From: Bacillota bacterium
GTDB taxonomy: Bacteria; Bacillota; Clostridia; Christensenellales; Aristaeellaceae
Length of the DNA: 64,000 nt
Direction: 5' to 3'
Assembly (NCBI GenBank): GCA_023404345.1
Contig: JAEYCB010000025.1
Location: 16,221 to 80,220, forward strand
The position numbers and the translations under genes are program-made. The notes beneath the pieces were generated by a model. It was not told the DNA's origin and did no database searches. It worked only from the letters and a program-made list of their open reading frames with translations. Within the stretch, counting starts at the first letter, position 1, and the number at the start of each line of letters is the position of its first letter. Positions 45,921-55,484 of the stretch are shown in pieces.

Positions 45921-48131
45921 ATGGTAACCATCAAGGACATTGCCAAGGCTGCCGGCGTAGCGCAAGGCACGGTTTCCAACGTGCTCAACGGCCGCGGAAA
46001 CGTAAGCAGTGAAAAGATCCGCCACGTGCTGGAGGTCAGCGAGGCCCTTGGCTACGTACCTAACGAGCGTGCAAAAATGCTGCGCAAGGGAAACGCCAAA
46101 ACCCTGGGCGTGCTTTTACCCAACCCTCCCGCTCAGCACGAGCTGGACTTCTATTATAGTTTCAAGATTTATGCTGAAAGCCACGGCTACCGGGTACGCC
46201 AGTACCTGCCGCGCTCCATATGTCTGGAGGCAGAGGAAGCCGCTTTGCAGGAAGCCCGCAGCGACATGGTGGCGGGCATGGCTGTTTTTTCAAACTGCCT
46301 GCACCACAGCAGCTACCGGCCTGTCGAAAGCGCAGGGCAGGAGATGCGCCTTTTGTTTGTGGAACGCAAACCTAACTTTGAGGCGGCATACATCGGCTTT
46401 GATTATGAAAAAGCCGGCCGCGACATGGCGCAGAAGGCTCTGCAAAACGGCTACCGCCACGTAGGTCTGATCACTGATACACCCCGTTTTTCACACGCTG
46501 CGGCGTTCTATCGCGGATTTACGCAGCGCCTCGAAGGTACTCCGGTGAAGATTACCGCCGTGCAAACCAACGAGCGGCGCAGGTTCCAAAATATATTGGA
46601 AGCGGATGGCCTGGCTCTGACCGACGCCGTCTTTGCCTCCAGCCTGACCTTTGCACAGACTGCCCGTGACGTGCTGACCTCCTTCTACGCAAAGGAAAGT
46701 CCCATCATCTACACGGTTTCTTCCATTCACACCTTACCGGAGATGGATTTTCAAAAATACGAGCTCAACTACCGTCTCTTGGGTAATACGGCAGCCCGGA
46801 TGCTAGTCAGGCAAATCGAAAAAAACAGCCCATCCGAAACCCGGGTAATGGAGAACGCCGGTTTCCGCAGCTGGCTTTCTCCCTGCGCTGTGCGGTCTTC
46901 TCCGGCGCCCATTAATGTGCTTACGCTGGACAGTCCGACCGCCTATATCATGCGGCATATGGCCAGGCTCTACACCCGTCAGACGCAAATTCCCATTAAT
47001 ATCACCATCTATACTTATAATGAAATCTACGAAGCCTTCAACAGTCTGGATGATGACGCTATTTTCGATGTATTGCGTCTGGACGTGACATGGCTGAGTT
47101 GTTTTGCCGAGCGCATCCTGCGTCCGCTGGAGGAGATCGACCCTTCTGTCACCAGTCTGCTGAGTAACTTTCTGTCAGGAACAGCGGAGCAGTATGCATA
47201 CGTAAACGGCGTAATGTACGCTGTGCCCAATACACCCAGCACGCAGATGCTCTTTTATCGGCGGGATCTGTTTTCCAGCGCCATTTACCGCCGCATGTAC
47301 CAGGAGCTTCACCATCAGGAGCTCAGCGTACCGCAGACCTTCGAGGACTTTAACCGTGTGGCGGCCTTCTTTACCAAGGCAATCAATCCTGAATCGCCTG
47401 TGGATTATGGCGCTACGCTCACTTTCGGCTCCACAGGCGTGGCGGGAAGCGAATACCTGTCCCGTCTGTTTGGCTTGCAGGAAAACCTGTATCAAAGCGA
47501 CGGAGAAATCCGGCTGAACAGTCCCGTCGGCGTGCGTGCCTTGGAACAGCTAATGGAAGTGAAACGTTTCACTGACCCCCAGTACTGCTCCTGGTGGACC
47601 AATACGGCAGCCACCTTCGCCGAAGGAAACGTGGCCATGGCTATTCTATACAATAACTTTACCGCTCCGCTGCTGAGCCATCGTTCACGGGTACAGGATA
47701 GTATCGGTTACGCCATGGTGCCGGGTGGACGGCCCGTCATTGGCGGCGGCGCACTGGGCGTTTCACGTTTTTCCCGCCAGCCGGAGCAGGCGCTGGATTT
47801 CATCCGCTGGCTCTCCAGCGAGCCCGTAGCTTCCGCCTGTACGCTGTTGGGAGGCGTATCTCCCTGTAAGCAATCCTATGATAACTATGAAATCATCAAC
47901 AACTATCCCTGGCTGAAACTGGTCAAAAGCTGCTTCGGCGCCGCCAGAGGCCGCCGCATGCCCCCGCAATGCACCGTGCCCTTTGACGAGCGGCGTTTCA
48001 TGAGCATCATCGGTATGGCGGTCAAAAACGCCTACAGCGGTGCTCTAACTCCGCAAGCCGCCATGGACTATGCGCAAAAGCGCTTCGAGGAACAATTTGC
48101 TCAAAACCTGGCGCAGCTCAAGTCGCGTTAA
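45921..48131 (+). CDS. Three-module regulator: LacI HTH + PBP type-1 sugar-binding domain + complete family-1 solute-binding (SBP) domain, cytoplasmic
   Basis: MVTIKDIAKAAGVAQGTVSNVLNGRGNVS forms the LacI HTH. Residues about 60-330 form a LacI effector fold. Residues about 340-735 look like a full SBP_bac_1 domain (..MLFYRRDLF.., ..GYAMVPGG..GGGALGVS..). There is no signal peptide or TM helix. Confidence 0.75.
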   Translation: MVTIKDIAKAAGVAQGTVSNVLNGRGNVSSEKIRHVLEVSEALGYVPNERAKMLRKGNAKTLGVLLPNPPAQHELDFYYSFKIYAESHGYRVRQYLPRSICLEAEEAALQEARSDMVAGMAVFSNCLHHSSYRPVESAGQEMRLLFVERKPNFEAAYIGFDYEKAGRDMAQKALQNGYRHVGLITDTPRFSHAAAFYRGFTQRLEGTPVKITAVQTNERRRFQNILEADGLALTDAVFASSLTFAQTARDVLTSFYAKESPIIYTVSSIHTLPEMDFQKYELNYRLLGNTAARMLVRQIEKNSPSETRVMENAGFRSWLSPCAVRSSPAPINVLTLDSPTAYIMRHMARLYTRQTQIPINITIYTYNEIYEAFNSLDDDAIFDVLRLDVTWLSCFAERILRPLEEIDPSVTSLLSNFLSGTAEQYAYVNGVMYAVPNTPSTQMLFYRRDLFSSAIYRRMYQELHHQELSVPQTFEDFNRVAAFFTKAINPESPVDYGATLTFGSTGVAGSEYLSRLFGLQENLYQSDGEIRLNSPVGVRALEQLMEVKRFTDPQYCSWWTNTAATFAEGNVAMAILYNNFTAPLLSHRSRVQDSIGYAMVPGGRPVIGGGALGVSRFSRQPEQALDFIRWLSSEPVASACTLLGGVSPCKQSYDNYEIINNYPWLKLVKSCFGAARGRRMPPQCTVPFDERRFMSIIGMAVKNAYSGALTPQAAMDYAQKRFEEQFAQNLAQLKSR

Positions 48132-48704
48132 CATACGGGTGGAAAAAGCTTGCGGCCCGGCGGATTTGTGCTACAAACAATTTCATTTCCACCCCAGCCG
48201 CCTGCACGCACCGTACGCGAAACGCATCAATGCCTTTATGGCGTCTGGCATCAAAAAGCAAATCCGACCGCTAACAGCTTCCGAAATTAAGAACATTATT
48301 TGCAAGCGTGGTCATCCCATCATTCCGTGTAGCACACCATATCAGGATGAAATTGCCCCTGCGCAAGACGATGGAGCCTATCTGCACCCTCTGTTCAATT
48401 CCGGCCCCCGGTCACGCAGATGATTCGCAGGCCGGAAATGGGCATGGATGCGCCCCAACTGCTTCTGTCACAAAGGCTTAAGAGGCATTCCCCGCTCCGG
48501 GATGTGACTTTTAAACTGAGAAAAAGAGCAACATAAGCCTGATGTCATCCAAAAATACAGAAATCTTTTTTGCTTCCCGCAAAATTGTGGCAATTCTGTC
48601 TACAAAACAAAAAAGGGGGTTGTCTCATTAAGAGGCAACTCTTTTTTCATACGAAAAAAGCATTCAGGCTATGAAAACCTGAATGCCAGCGGTAAAATGA
48701 AGTT

Positions 48705-49598
48705 GTGCAAAAATCAAATAAACCGCAGACAGATTATACCGCAATGACGAACGGATTTCAACTGGTCATACCACTGGACTGCGAAGTAAATATTGCAAAG
48801 AATTCACCGGTGAGATTGCTCAATGCCGTCATGGAAAGGATGGATTACAGAAAACTGTATGCGGCATACTCCCGACTTGGGAGAATCGAGTACTCGCCGA
48901 AGATTCTACTGAAAATCATGGTGTACGGATATATGCGCAAGCAGATATCCAGCCGTGCGCTTGAAGCATGCTGTCGGGAGAATATACACTTTATGTATCT
49001 GCTTGAGGGACAGCCGGCGCCGGATCACAATACAATCAACCGTTTCTGCAAGAACCTCCTGACCCAGGAGGCAGGGCAAGATATTCTGCGGCAGCTTGTA
49101 TTGCTGCTGCACGAAAGTAATCTGCTCAGTTTTGAAGCCGCCTTCATAGATGGAACAAAGATCGAAGCAAACGCAAACAAGTACAGCTTCGTCTGGAAGA
49201 AAGCAACTGTGAAAAAGACAGACAAGCTGCTGAAGAAAATCCACGAAGAACTTCCGGCAAAGCTTAAGAATGTAAGCATTCGCTTTCATGTTCCGGAGAA
49301 GATTGCTGTCCGGCAATTAAAGAAACTCCGTAAACGGAGTCATGAGCGAATCAAAACAGAAGAAATTGAGTTTGTTTCAGGAAAGGGAAAGAGAAAAACA
49401 CCTCTGCAAAGACTGAGTGAGCAAGTGGATCGGTGGATTGCCCAACTCAAGCAATATACAAATGATATCCATATCTGTGGAAACCGAAACAGTTACAGTA
49501 AAACAGACCATGATGCAACCTTCATGCACATGAAAGAATGCTCTTATTGCCGCTGTTACAACAGGAGTCGGTTACGAAAAGTTAAAGGCGAGATATAG
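48705..49598 (+). mobile_element. IS1182-family transposase, 3'-truncated fragment
   Basis: Blocks NSPVRLLNAVMERMDY, YSPKILLKIMVYGYM, DGTKIEANANKYSFVWKK and SKTDHDATFMHMKE match IS1182-type transposases as I remember them. Similarity ends near 49545, and the DDE catalytic part is missing. Confidence 0.7.
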
Positions 49599-50228
49599 TA
49601 TTTACAATCATCAAGAATCAGAATAACGGGGGCGTCAAGCGAATTCAGAAAAGAATACACATTGGAGCAGATGCGTGAAATTATTAAAAACGTGCGAATG
49701 GTTAAAAATATGACAGACAGAAGGTTTTTGCTCTTATTATCATTGCATCCGCTGAGGTTGGAAGAAGTTTTGGGGCTTAAATGGAGCGATATTGACCGGG
49801 AAAACATGATTTTGCATGTAAGGCGAGCAGTAACTCATCCAACCAGAAATTTGCCGGAAATCAAAACACCAAAAACCGTATCAAGCATCAGAAGTATGAG
49901 CCTGTCAAGAAAAGCGGAAAAAGAACTTGGCGATGGAAATCCAGATGATTTTATAATAGGTGGCCCATCACCATACTCTTATACAAAAGTGAAAAGAATG
50001 TGCGAGAGAATACAAAAAGATATCGGTTTCGAAGAAAAAATAACCCCGAGTCGTTTTAGAACAACAGTATTGACCGATATTTATGATGTAACAAAAGATA
50101 TTAAACAGACACAACTTGCGGCAGGTCACACTACCGCAGCCATGACGCTAAAACACTATATAAAGGGGCGTAAAGAAAATACGAAAACATCGGATATTAT
50201 AGACAGTGTATACGGACAATGCAGCTGA
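49599..50228 (+). pseudogene. Tyrosine integrase, catalytic-domain fragment (N-terminal domains missing)
   Basis: LSLHPLRLEEVLGLKWSDID (box I Arg), TPSRFRTTVLTD, AGHTTAAMTLKHYIK (His..Tyr). The frame opens only at 49599, directly after the truncated transposase. Confidence 0.7.
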
Positions 50229-50391
50229 CATATCCTAAATGCTGAAACCATTGTTCTGTATGCGTTTCAGGACTATATTCTTAAAATAAACTGACACAAT
50301 TGCTGACAAAAAGCAGAATTATTCTAACGAGGTCATGCGTCTTGCAAGTTACAAATTATAATCCTGCAAAATCATGTATAAAATGTCCACA

Positions 50392-50434
50392 AAACCAATA
50401 AAAACTCCCCTGTAGAAGATTCCACAGAGGAGTT
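50392..50434 (-). terminator. Rho-independent terminator of tRNA-Thr
   Basis: Minus strand: AACTCCTCTGT-N10-ACAGGGGAGTT followed by TTTATTGGTTTTG. Confidence 0.7.
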
Positions 50435-50438
50435 AATC

Positions 50439-50514
<76 letters not shown>

Positions 50515-50538
50515 GTGCCCCGAACGGGCAACGATGAT

Positions 50539-50567
50539 ATTATACACAACCTCTCCCGGTTTGGCAA
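50539..50567 (-). promoter_or_regulatory. Promoter TTGCCA-17-TATAAT for tRNA-Thr
   Basis: On the minus strand, TTGCCA is at 50567-50562 and TATAAT at 50544-50539. Confidence 0.6.
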
Positions 50568-50637
50568 GGGGGAATTTACGTTTTTTTTGAAAAGTGCGTC
50601 ACTTTTGCCTCAAAAATGTCTCTGACCCATGCCGCCC

Positions 50638-50667
50638 TTGACTTTCCGGACTAATTCGTCGTATCAT
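50638..50667 (+). promoter_or_regulatory. Promoter TTGACT-18-TATCAT
   Basis: TTGACT at 50638-50643 and TATCAT at 50662-50667, upstream of the GAGGAGG SD and ATG 50689. Confidence 0.5.
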
Positions 50668-50688
50668 AAAGTGAGGAGGTATGGGTCT

Positions 50689-51423
50689 ATGACGCAAAAC
50701 GAAACGCTTATTGCTTGTCCGCGATGCAGCAAACCGGTTGAGGTCGCTGGCGCGGCTTTCTGCCCGCACTGCGGATCGCCTGTTGCGGCGGCCCAGCCCG
50801 CTCCCGTACCGGAGGGTGCGCTGGCTCTTTTGGAAAAGGCCGAACGTCAGACCGATCCCGTCAAAAAGCACAAACTGCTGCTGGAAGCGCAGGAACAGTA
50901 TCCAGATTGCCTGGAAGTCGCACAGGAGCTGCTTTTCCTGGGCCGCCTGTACGAGCGCAGCCCCAAAAAGCTCGATTTTTCAGTTATCAAGTGCCACCTG
51001 CTGCACTTTTATCTTACCCCGGACGATTTTTCCTCTGCCCAGCAGCAGCAGATGCGCACAGAGCTGTTTGATCATCCGGATCTGCGGCGTTGCCAGGAAC
51101 TTGCGCCGGATGCTGACGTTTTTACGCGCAAATATCTAGAACGGCTATGCCGCGATTTTATCAATGTGTTTTTGCGCGGCAGCAACCGCTACATGCATAG
51201 TTTTTTTGGCCTGCGGCTGGACAACCGTATCGCCAAGGTGCTGGCCTCTCCCATAGCTCAGATGCTAAGCAGCGTTCACTGCGATACAGACCTGGATTTT
51301 GAACAGCGCAGCATGTTGTATGACGCGCTCTACCGCGCCTTTTTGGTGGAGGCAGGCAATGACGCCAAATGGCTGGACGCTCTGTTAAGCCAAGAGGGCC
51401 TGCCTATCCCTGCCAAGCCGTAA
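50689..51423 (+). CDS. Zinc-ribbon-containing hypothetical protein
   Basis: N-terminal CPRC-N14-CPHC zinc ribbon followed by an all-helical region of about 200 aa. Strong SD (GTGAGGAGG). Confidence 0.5.
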   Translation: MTQNETLIACPRCSKPVEVAGAAFCPHCGSPVAAAQPAPVPEGALALLEKAERQTDPVKKHKLLLEAQEQYPDCLEVAQELLFLGRLYERSPKKLDFSVIKCHLLHFYLTPDDFSSAQQQQMRTELFDHPDLRRCQELAPDADVFTRKYLERLCRDFINVFLRGSNRYMHSFFGLRLDNRIAKVLASPIAQMLSSVHCDTDLDFEQRSMLYDALYRAFLVEAGNDAKWLDALLSQEGLPIPAKP

Positions 51424-51444
51424 CGATTCAGGAGGGAAAACCGC

Positions 51445-52176
51445 TTGGAGCATCGCAAACGTTCTTCTCCGCCCCAGGGCATGCCCGTCGAGGCTCCTCG
51501 TCCGCGCAAAGGCGCTTTGCACGGACGTCAGAAACCAGGCGATCCTCTGCCCCAGCAACAGCCGGTTACGGATGAAGCCCCTGCCGAAAAAAAGCCTTCC
51601 CGCCTTCGGCTGATCCTGTTGCGCGCAGCGGTAGCCGTGCTGCTGGTGCTTGCGCTGGTGTTTGCCTATCTGTTTTTGCTTCTGGGCGAACCCGATGAGG
51701 ATGCCAAATATGTGGATCTTCCCGACGAAGAGTTGATTACCATGCCCATGGCTGCGCTGGAGGTTCCCGGCGAAGCCAACCTGCAAAATTTAGCCAACAC
51801 CTTTGGTCAGCCTGTGATGGCACTCTATGGCGGCCCCGCTCTTCAACGTGCGCGGGTATACGATACCGCCTTTGGCGGAGGCTATGCACGGCGGGTAACG
51901 CTGACCTATGCTTTTGAGGATGGAGCTCAGCTTACCGTGGAAAGCATCCGTCCCACCGGCGCCATCACCCTGTTGGGCAGCGGTTACAGTCTCAGTGCCC
52001 GCTCGCTGTACGCGCTCGGCGGGCTGGATGCTGCACGCATGGACGGCGGCGGTCAAATCTGCATTTTTGGCCAGAGTGATACCGCAGCCTATGCGGTGTT
52101 GTGTCCCGCTGGTCACGAAAGCGACCTAAGCGGCCTGCTCAGACAAACTACGCTTATCGCCCCCGAGGATGAATGA
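51445..52176 (+). CDS. Hypothetical single-pass membrane protein (Pro/basic-rich cytoplasmic N-terminus, extracytoplasmic C-terminal domain)
   Basis: TTG start 8 nt after AGGAGGG. TM helix LRLILLRAAVAVLLVLALVFAYLFLLL. No family recognised. Confidence 0.4.
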   Translation: MEHRKRSSPPQGMPVEAPRPRKGALHGRQKPGDPLPQQQPVTDEAPAEKKPSRLRLILLRAAVAVLLVLALVFAYLFLLLGEPDEDAKYVDLPDEELITMPMAALEVPGEANLQNLANTFGQPVMALYGGPALQRARVYDTAFGGGYARRVTLTYAFEDGAQLTVESIRPTGAITLLGSGYSLSARSLYALGGLDAARMDGGGQICIFGQSDTAAYAVLCPAGHESDLSGLLRQTTLIAPEDE

Positions 52177-53969
52177 ATACAAAGGAGCGGCCCATACCCA
52201 TGCACAACCATCCATCCCGTTCCATGAAAACCTCCACGCTCATCCGCCGGTTTCTTCCCTATTTTAAAAAATACCGGGGCATGCTGCTTCTGGACCTGGC
52301 ATGCGCGGCGCTGACCACCGTGTGCGACCTGGTTTTGCCCCTTATCGTACGCGACGTAACCGACCTTGCCGCTAACAACCTCTCCGCTCTTACGGTGAGC
52401 TTTGTGCTCAGGGTGGGCGGTGTGTATGTGCTTTTGCGCATCGTGGATGCACTGGCCAACTTTTACATGGCCTCGCGCGGACACATCATGGGTACTTTCA
52501 TTGAGCGTGATATGCGAAATGACCTTTTCGCGCATCTGCAAAAGCTGGGCTTCGCCTATTACAGCAACGCCAAAGTGGGTCAGATCATGGCCCGCATCAC
52601 CAGCGACCTGTTTGAAGTAACGGAATTTGCCCATCACTGCCCGGAAGAATTTTTCATCGCCGGCATCAAAATCATTATCCCCTTCATCATTTTGATGGGT
52701 GCCAGTCCTGCCCTGACGCTGATCATTTTTGCCATGCTGCCGCTGATGGTGGCATGCACGCGTTTTTTTAACAAACGCATGCGTGCCGTCTTCCGCGAAA
52801 GCCGCCACCAGGTTGGTGAGATTAATGCCCAGGTGGAGGATAGTCTGCTGGGCATCCGCGTGGTCAAGAGCTTTGCCAATGAGCCGGTCGAAATGGAGAA
52901 GTTTCACCGCGGCAACGACGAGTTCGTACGTATCAATCGCCGTAAATACCTCTATATGGCCGGCTTTAACACCTCCACCCGCGTGTTTGACGGGCTGATG
53001 TACATCGTAGTGGTAGTGGTGGGTGCACTGTTTATCATTCAGGGTTCAATCACCGCATCGGATTACATGGCCTATCTGCTTTACGTCAATACCCTCTTGA
53101 CCTCCATCCGCCGCATCGTGGAATTCATGGAACAATTCCAGCGCGGCATGACCGGCATCGAGCGTTTCTGCGAAATCATGGACGAGAAGCCCGATATCCA
53201 TGATGCGCCCGATGCTGTGGAGCTGACCAACGTGCGCGGGGATGTAACCTTCGATCATGTCAGTTTCCATTACAGCGATAACGATAAAAATGTGCTGGCC
53301 GACATCAACTTTCACGTTAACGCTGGTGAAAGGGTGGCGCTGGTTGGCCCCAGCGGCGGCGGCAAGACTACGCTTTGCAACCTGATTCCCCGCTTTTACG
53401 ACGTATCCGGCGGACGGATTCTCATCGATGGTCAGGACATCACCCATCTGACCCAGCATAGTCTGCGTGAAAACATCGGCATGGTGCAACAGGACGTATA
53501 CATGTTCTCCGGCACCATCTTTGACAACATCGCCTATGGCATGCCCGGTGCTACCCCCGAAAAAGTGATGGAGGCCGCGCAACTGTCCGGGGCGCATGAG
53601 TTCATCGTTCAGCTTCCCGATGGCTATCGCACATTCGTGGGTGAACGCGGCGTCAAGCTTTCCGGCGGGCAGAAACAGCGCATATCCATCGCACGTGTAT
53701 TTTTGAAAAATCCGCCCATCCTGATTCTGGACGAAGCCACCAGTGCCTTGGACAACGAAAGCGAGCGTCTGGTGCAGCAGTCTCTGGAAAAGCTGTCCGA
53801 AGGACGTACCACCTTTACTATTGCGCACCGGCTCACTACCATCCGTAATGCCACCACCATCTGGGTGCTGACGGAAAACGGCATTGTGGAAAAAGGCACG
53901 CACCAGGAGCTGCTTGAGCTGGGTGGTATCTACGCCCATCTTTACCAAATGTATACGGAGGTGGCCTGA
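52173..53969 (+). CDS. ABC exporter, fused permease/ATPase (MsbA/multidrug type)
   Basis: Six-helix TMD followed by an NBD with GPSGGGKTT, LSGGQKQRISIAR and ILILDEATSALD. ATG 52173 overlaps the previous stop (ATGA). An alternative start is ATG 52200. Confidence 0.85.
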   Translation: MNTKERPIPMHNHPSRSMKTSTLIRRFLPYFKKYRGMLLLDLACAALTTVCDLVLPLIVRDVTDLAANNLSALTVSFVLRVGGVYVLLRIVDALANFYMASRGHIMGTFIERDMRNDLFAHLQKLGFAYYSNAKVGQIMARITSDLFEVTEFAHHCPEEFFIAGIKIIIPFIILMGASPALTLIIFAMLPLMVACTRFFNKRMRAVFRESRHQVGEINAQVEDSLLGIRVVKSFANEPVEMEKFHRGNDEFVRINRRKYLYMAGFNTSTRVFDGLMYIVVVVVGALFIIQGSITASDYMAYLLYVNTLLTSIRRIVEFMEQFQRGMTGIERFCEIMDEKPDIHDAPDAVELTNVRGDVTFDHVSFHYSDNDKNVLADINFHVNAGERVALVGPSGGGKTTLCNLIPRFYDVSGGRILIDGQDITHLTQHSLRENIGMVQQDVYMFSGTIFDNIAYGMPGATPEKVMEAAQLSGAHEFIVQLPDGYRTFVGERGVKLSGGQKQRISIARVFLKNPPILILDEATSALDNESERLVQQSLEKLSEGRTTFTIAHRLTTIRNATTIWVLTENGIVEKGTHQELLELGGIYAHLYQMYTEVA

Positions 53970-55435
53970 TGAGCATTCAATTTTCGCTCGCAACGTCAGA
54001 GCGTTTTCAGGAGATCTGTGCGCTGTACCAAGATGTGATCCGTGATATGCAAGCCCGTGGCCTCAAGCAATGGGAATGGGACATATATCCCACCCGTGCC
54101 CAGTTGGAGGACGATGTCGCCCATGGACGGCTCTACCTCGTAGAGGAAAGCGGCCGGCTGATCGCCGCCTTCGCTCTGGGTGATGCCATAGAACCCGAAT
54201 ATGCCCGCATCGCCTGGGAATACGGGGTGCGGCCTGCTACGCTGCACCGTTTTGCCATGATCTCCGAGAACTTGGATCTGGCTTCACGAGTATTGACTTT
54301 TGTAAAGGAAGAGGCGCTGCGTCTGGGATATGATAGCCTGCGCCTGGATACCTGTGTGGAAGACCGTCCCATGCTGGAGGTCTTTTCCTCAGCCATGACA
54401 CGTGAGGCGGGCCGCACCTTTTTCGAAAATCCCGGCGTAACCAGCGTATGCTTTGAAGCGCCCCTGAGCGAAGCGTGCCCAATGCTGCCGCTGCGCATGT
54501 ATCCTGCCTATCGCCACGGCGACATGACCCCCTGGGGCGGCGACGCACTGCGCGCGGTCTACAGCCGGGACATTCCCGACGAGCGCACGGGCGAAGCGCT
54601 GGAAATCAGCGCCATCCCGCAGCTGGAAAGCCGTACCGCCGCGGGTGAAACGTTGCCTCAGCTGCTTGAACGGGACGGTGCGCGCCTGTCGGGCGATTAT
54701 GCGGGCAAGGAGTTTCCTCTGCTGCTTAAGCTTCTGGCGGCTCGTGATTCGCTGAGTGTGCAGGTTCATCCCGACGACGCTTATGCCCGCGAGCATGAAG
54801 GCAAGCTGGGCAAAACCGAGGCATGGGTTATCCTCAAGGCCGGGGAAGGCGCGAGCATTCTTTATGGTCTGAAAGAAGGCGTAACTTTGGATGCCCTGCG
54901 CGCCGCGCTGGAAAACGGCGGCGATGTGGAGTGTCTCATCAGGCGCGTGCCTGTGAAGCCCGGCGACGTGTACTACATGCCTAGCGGCATGGTACATGCC
55001 ATTGGCGGGGGTATTTTGCTTTATGAGATTCAGCAGTCCAGCGATGTAACCTATCGTCTATGGGATTTTGACCGCGTCAACGCAGCGGGCGAGAAACGTC
55101 CCCTGCATATCCGTCAGTCCCTGGACGTGATTGTGCCGGGGTTAACCGGACAGATTGCCCACATGCCCGAAAATGACGGCTGTGGCCTGGTCAACTTGCT
55201 GGACGTGCCCGCCTTCCGTCTGGATTGTGCAAACGTTAATGGTGAATGCGAGCTTTCGTCCCAACCGCACGCCTTCCGCATGCTGACGGCCTTGGCCGGT
55301 CTGCTGCTCAGCTGGCAAGGCGACGCTATGGAGCTTAAGGCAGGCGATAGCGTTCTCCTGCCTGCCTCCTGTCCGCCCGTCACGCTGATGGGCGTAGGCC
55401 AGGCGTTGATTTCCACCCCACCTGCCCGCGTATAA
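53969..55435 (+). CDS. Fusion protein: GNAT N-acetyltransferase domain + class I mannose-6-phosphate isomerase domain
   Basis: Residues 1 to about 170 look GNAT-like (..LHRFAMISENLDLASRVLTFVKEEALRLGYDSLRLD..). Residues about 175-488 carry the PMI blocks QVHPDDAYA, KTEAWVIL and HAIGGGILLYEIQQSSDVTYRLWDF. The start overlaps the ABC gene stop. Confidence 0.75.
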   Translation: MSIQFSLATSERFQEICALYQDVIRDMQARGLKQWEWDIYPTRAQLEDDVAHGRLYLVEESGRLIAAFALGDAIEPEYARIAWEYGVRPATLHRFAMISENLDLASRVLTFVKEEALRLGYDSLRLDTCVEDRPMLEVFSSAMTREAGRTFFENPGVTSVCFEAPLSEACPMLPLRMYPAYRHGDMTPWGGDALRAVYSRDIPDERTGEALEISAIPQLESRTAAGETLPQLLERDGARLSGDYAGKEFPLLLKLLAARDSLSVQVHPDDAYAREHEGKLGKTEAWVILKAGEGASILYGLKEGVTLDALRAALENGGDVECLIRRVPVKPGDVYYMPSGMVHAIGGGILLYEIQQSSDVTYRLWDFDRVNAAGEKRPLHIRQSLDVIVPGLTGQIAHMPENDGCGLVNLLDVPAFRLDCANVNGECELSSQPHAFRMLTALAGLLLSWQGDAMELKAGDSVLLPASCPPVTLMGVGQALISTPPARV

Positions 55436-55484
55436 ACGTACGGATATGCCGCTGCCAGAAACGATGCAAAGGAGGAAACCGGGC

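Noticed and set aside
48070-48423. 117-aa plus-strand ORF running out of the 3' end of the LacI-PBP1-SBP gene
   Set aside because: It starts inside the preceding gene in another frame. It has no SD and no recognisable motif.
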